DNA of 64,000 nt from Hypanus sabinus (taxonomy: Eukaryota): the NCBI RefSeq assembly GCF_030144855.1, contig NC_082715.1, positions 146,134,001 through 146,198,000 on the forward strand, written 5' to 3'. The notes beneath the pieces were generated by a model. It did no database searches and had not been told where the DNA came from. It saw nothing but the letters and a program-made list of their open reading frames with translations. Shown in pieces: positions 61,741 through 64,000 of the stretch; position 1 is the first letter of the stretch, and each line of letters begins with the position of its first letter. The translations under genes were made by a program, and so were the position numbers.

Positions 61741-63379
61741 CGGCTCTTAAACTCGGGGATACTGTTACTGGTGACTCTGCTAGACGTTAGAACGCCTTAT
61801 GAAGCACAGTGTACGAGGAATAGCAGGACAATGGTTAAGGACATGGTCGTTCTGGAGCAGGGATAGGCAGTGGGTGGAGTTAGGTGGTCCTATTTTGGTA
61901 ATGCTGCAACTTTCTTCGATATTTGACTTGTTAGATGCCACCAAAATATTACTAATTTACAACAAGGAACCTATAATATAATCAGATATCTAATAAAATC
62001 AAAGATGGCATGCTTCCGGAAATGCTGAACTGTGTCAGCTAACTTTTATTTCAAAGATGACTACAAATTCCTGGAGAAATATTAGACCTGAGAACAGAAC
62101 GATGGTGGTGATTAGAGATTTGACTCGGATTCACTTCGGAGAGTACTTATTGACGTCATTTTCCGGTGGAATTTTAATGTACCGCAAGAAGAGCCAAGTT
62201 TAAACAAAGCCAAACATGCAAGCATACAATGGGCGTTTATTTAAGAACTGCTTCGACAATGAGGGGGAGGTGGGCTAGAGGGATTCTGTATGCCTGGACC
62301 ACGGAATCGATATAGGTTACTCAAAGTACCAGTCTCATGCTATTGTTAATGATCTCAGTGATAGGGAGGAAACATCCGCCATTTAAATGCTCAGTTCAGA
62401 AATATTTCAGGTCTCAGCCTCACACGCATGCTCAGGATCAATAATCACCTGGACAATCCTAACTCTAAATAATCCCAAAATGAGCATAATTAATGTCTTC
62501 TCGTTATGTACATTGATTACTGCTCTAATAAGAATCATTGCCAACAATGTTGTCACACCCCAGCAATGTTACCCCAACTGCGACAACCATCAGAACATCT
62601 GACACCTTGTACCTTCGTCCACTAATCAAACATAGCATTCACTCATCGAACGCGCTATTTTTACTTGCAGTAAAAAGGTGGAACAGAAGTTGAAAAGATG
62701 GGTTCTCTTTATCTATTATCAATGCATATAATCTAAAGAGTTAACAGTTGTACGGAAACTCTCTGACTAGAACAGCACTCCCTATTTTGATTAAATATTC
62801 TTTCGACCACTTTGTAAAGTGCGCATTTTCAAGCTCTGAGAACGATCTTTTGAAAACTGTCTGCATGCCGGTCAGTTTGTGTTGCTGTACCAAATACCGA
62901 CAAGGCAGCACCCACATTGCACTGTTATTGACCCCTGTGACTTGGGCCAGGTTCACACTTCAAACCATTGGAGACACCATTGTTTGAGGAGTGTACGGAA
63001 AAAATGAGTTGTATAAAAAGAAAGATAAATTGTAATGATAGATTGTAAGATTGGCTTAAATTTATTTATTATTTTAACTATTGGTGTATTTATCTGTTTC
63101 ACGAACTAATTTTAATTAACAGGGTTAGTTAGTTTGTTTAATATCATGTTCCAATTTTAATATATTTTACAAATATTTCAGATCAGAGTACTGTATATAA
63201 CTTTCATGATAGTGCTGTTTAAAGCTAAACGTGTTTCGGCTTTCTGAAAGCGGAAGTGCCGAACAACAGACCACAAGGAAGATAAATGTTATTTCAGCCT
63301 TTGTCATGATAGAGATCTAAGTACACGAATAGTGACGTCATTCTTTAGTTTCGAAGTCACCGCTTAAAAAGATGGAGGG

Positions 63380-63700
63380 GTTTCAACAAACGTTCACAAG
63401 ACTAGTTCCAGGGACAGTAGACTCATCGTATGAGAATAATTTGCGTAGTCTGGGCCTTTTTTCTCCAGAGTTTACGAGTATAAAGGGAGATCTCAATGAT
63501 GTTTAAAATTCCAACAGATCTTAACACGCTGCATGAACACAAGCGACTTTTCAAGATGTTGCTCCACAACCACAGCTCCAGTCTCAGACTGGGCAGTTGC
63601 TAGTAGAAACTGAAGTGAGAAGCACTCCGGGACTTTTGGCGGAATTCTGACAAGGGGCGTTCTCGGTGGTGGAATTTTTCACCCTTTCAATGCATAGTTA
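63380..63700 (+). mobile_element. Decayed CR1 3' fragment
   Basis: cgttcacaagactagttccagg..ctgggccttttttctccagag..ggagatctc remnants. Confidence 0.6.
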
Positions 63701-64000
63701 TTAAATTCATTCATAAAATCGACGGATTTCTGAATATTAAGGCAGAAGGCACGAACATGACGCTGAGGTCGAATCTCAACTACAACTTGATGAATGTCTG
63801 AACATACTGGGAGGTCAAAATGTCCTATTCCTCGTCTCAGTTTTCTGGGTAATAACCGATACAACCAGGGTCACGTCATCAGCTGTCAAAAAACCTTTTC
63901 AACATTTCAGGACGTAACTTTCTTACTGCTCCGCCTGCATTGGGAAAAGTGCAGAGCAGTTCAGGGATGGTATTTTGCGGTACCATTCCGAGTTTAGGTC

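Noticed and set aside
62151-63340. Two TGACGTCA (CRE) palindromes with nearby ETS-like sites as a promoter of a next gene
   Set aside because: No CpG island, exon or ORF support inside the window; could be chance

Overview
Vertebrate, AT-rich, repeat-dense genomic DNA, almost certainly from a cartilaginous fish (probably a ray; species cannot be determined from sequence). 1-11 kb holds the last five coding exons of HIRA (+ strand, stop at 10434-10436). 36.9-60.9 kb holds two divergently transcribed immunoglobulin light-chain clusters, each leader-intron-VJ-intron-C with the V and J already fused in frame and no RSS found. The minus-strand cluster (41314->36863) is an intact 247-aa ORF. The plus-strand cluster (55484->60901) has a premature stop, a J donor phase shift and a 12-nt deletion in C. 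The V domains are lambda-like with a long CDR2. The rest is CR1 LINEs, Rex1/Babar-like and L1 fragments, tRNA-derived SINEs, Penelope pieces (degenerate hammerhead cores) and a miniature LTR element. Most interesting: HIRA-IgL adjacency (echoing human 22q11), a CpG-depleted to CpG-retaining transition beyond a duplicated CTCF-motif pair, an octamer/E-box enhancer candidate, and a 154-bp inverted repeat at the midpoint of the two clusters. All counts are by hand; no database searches were run.
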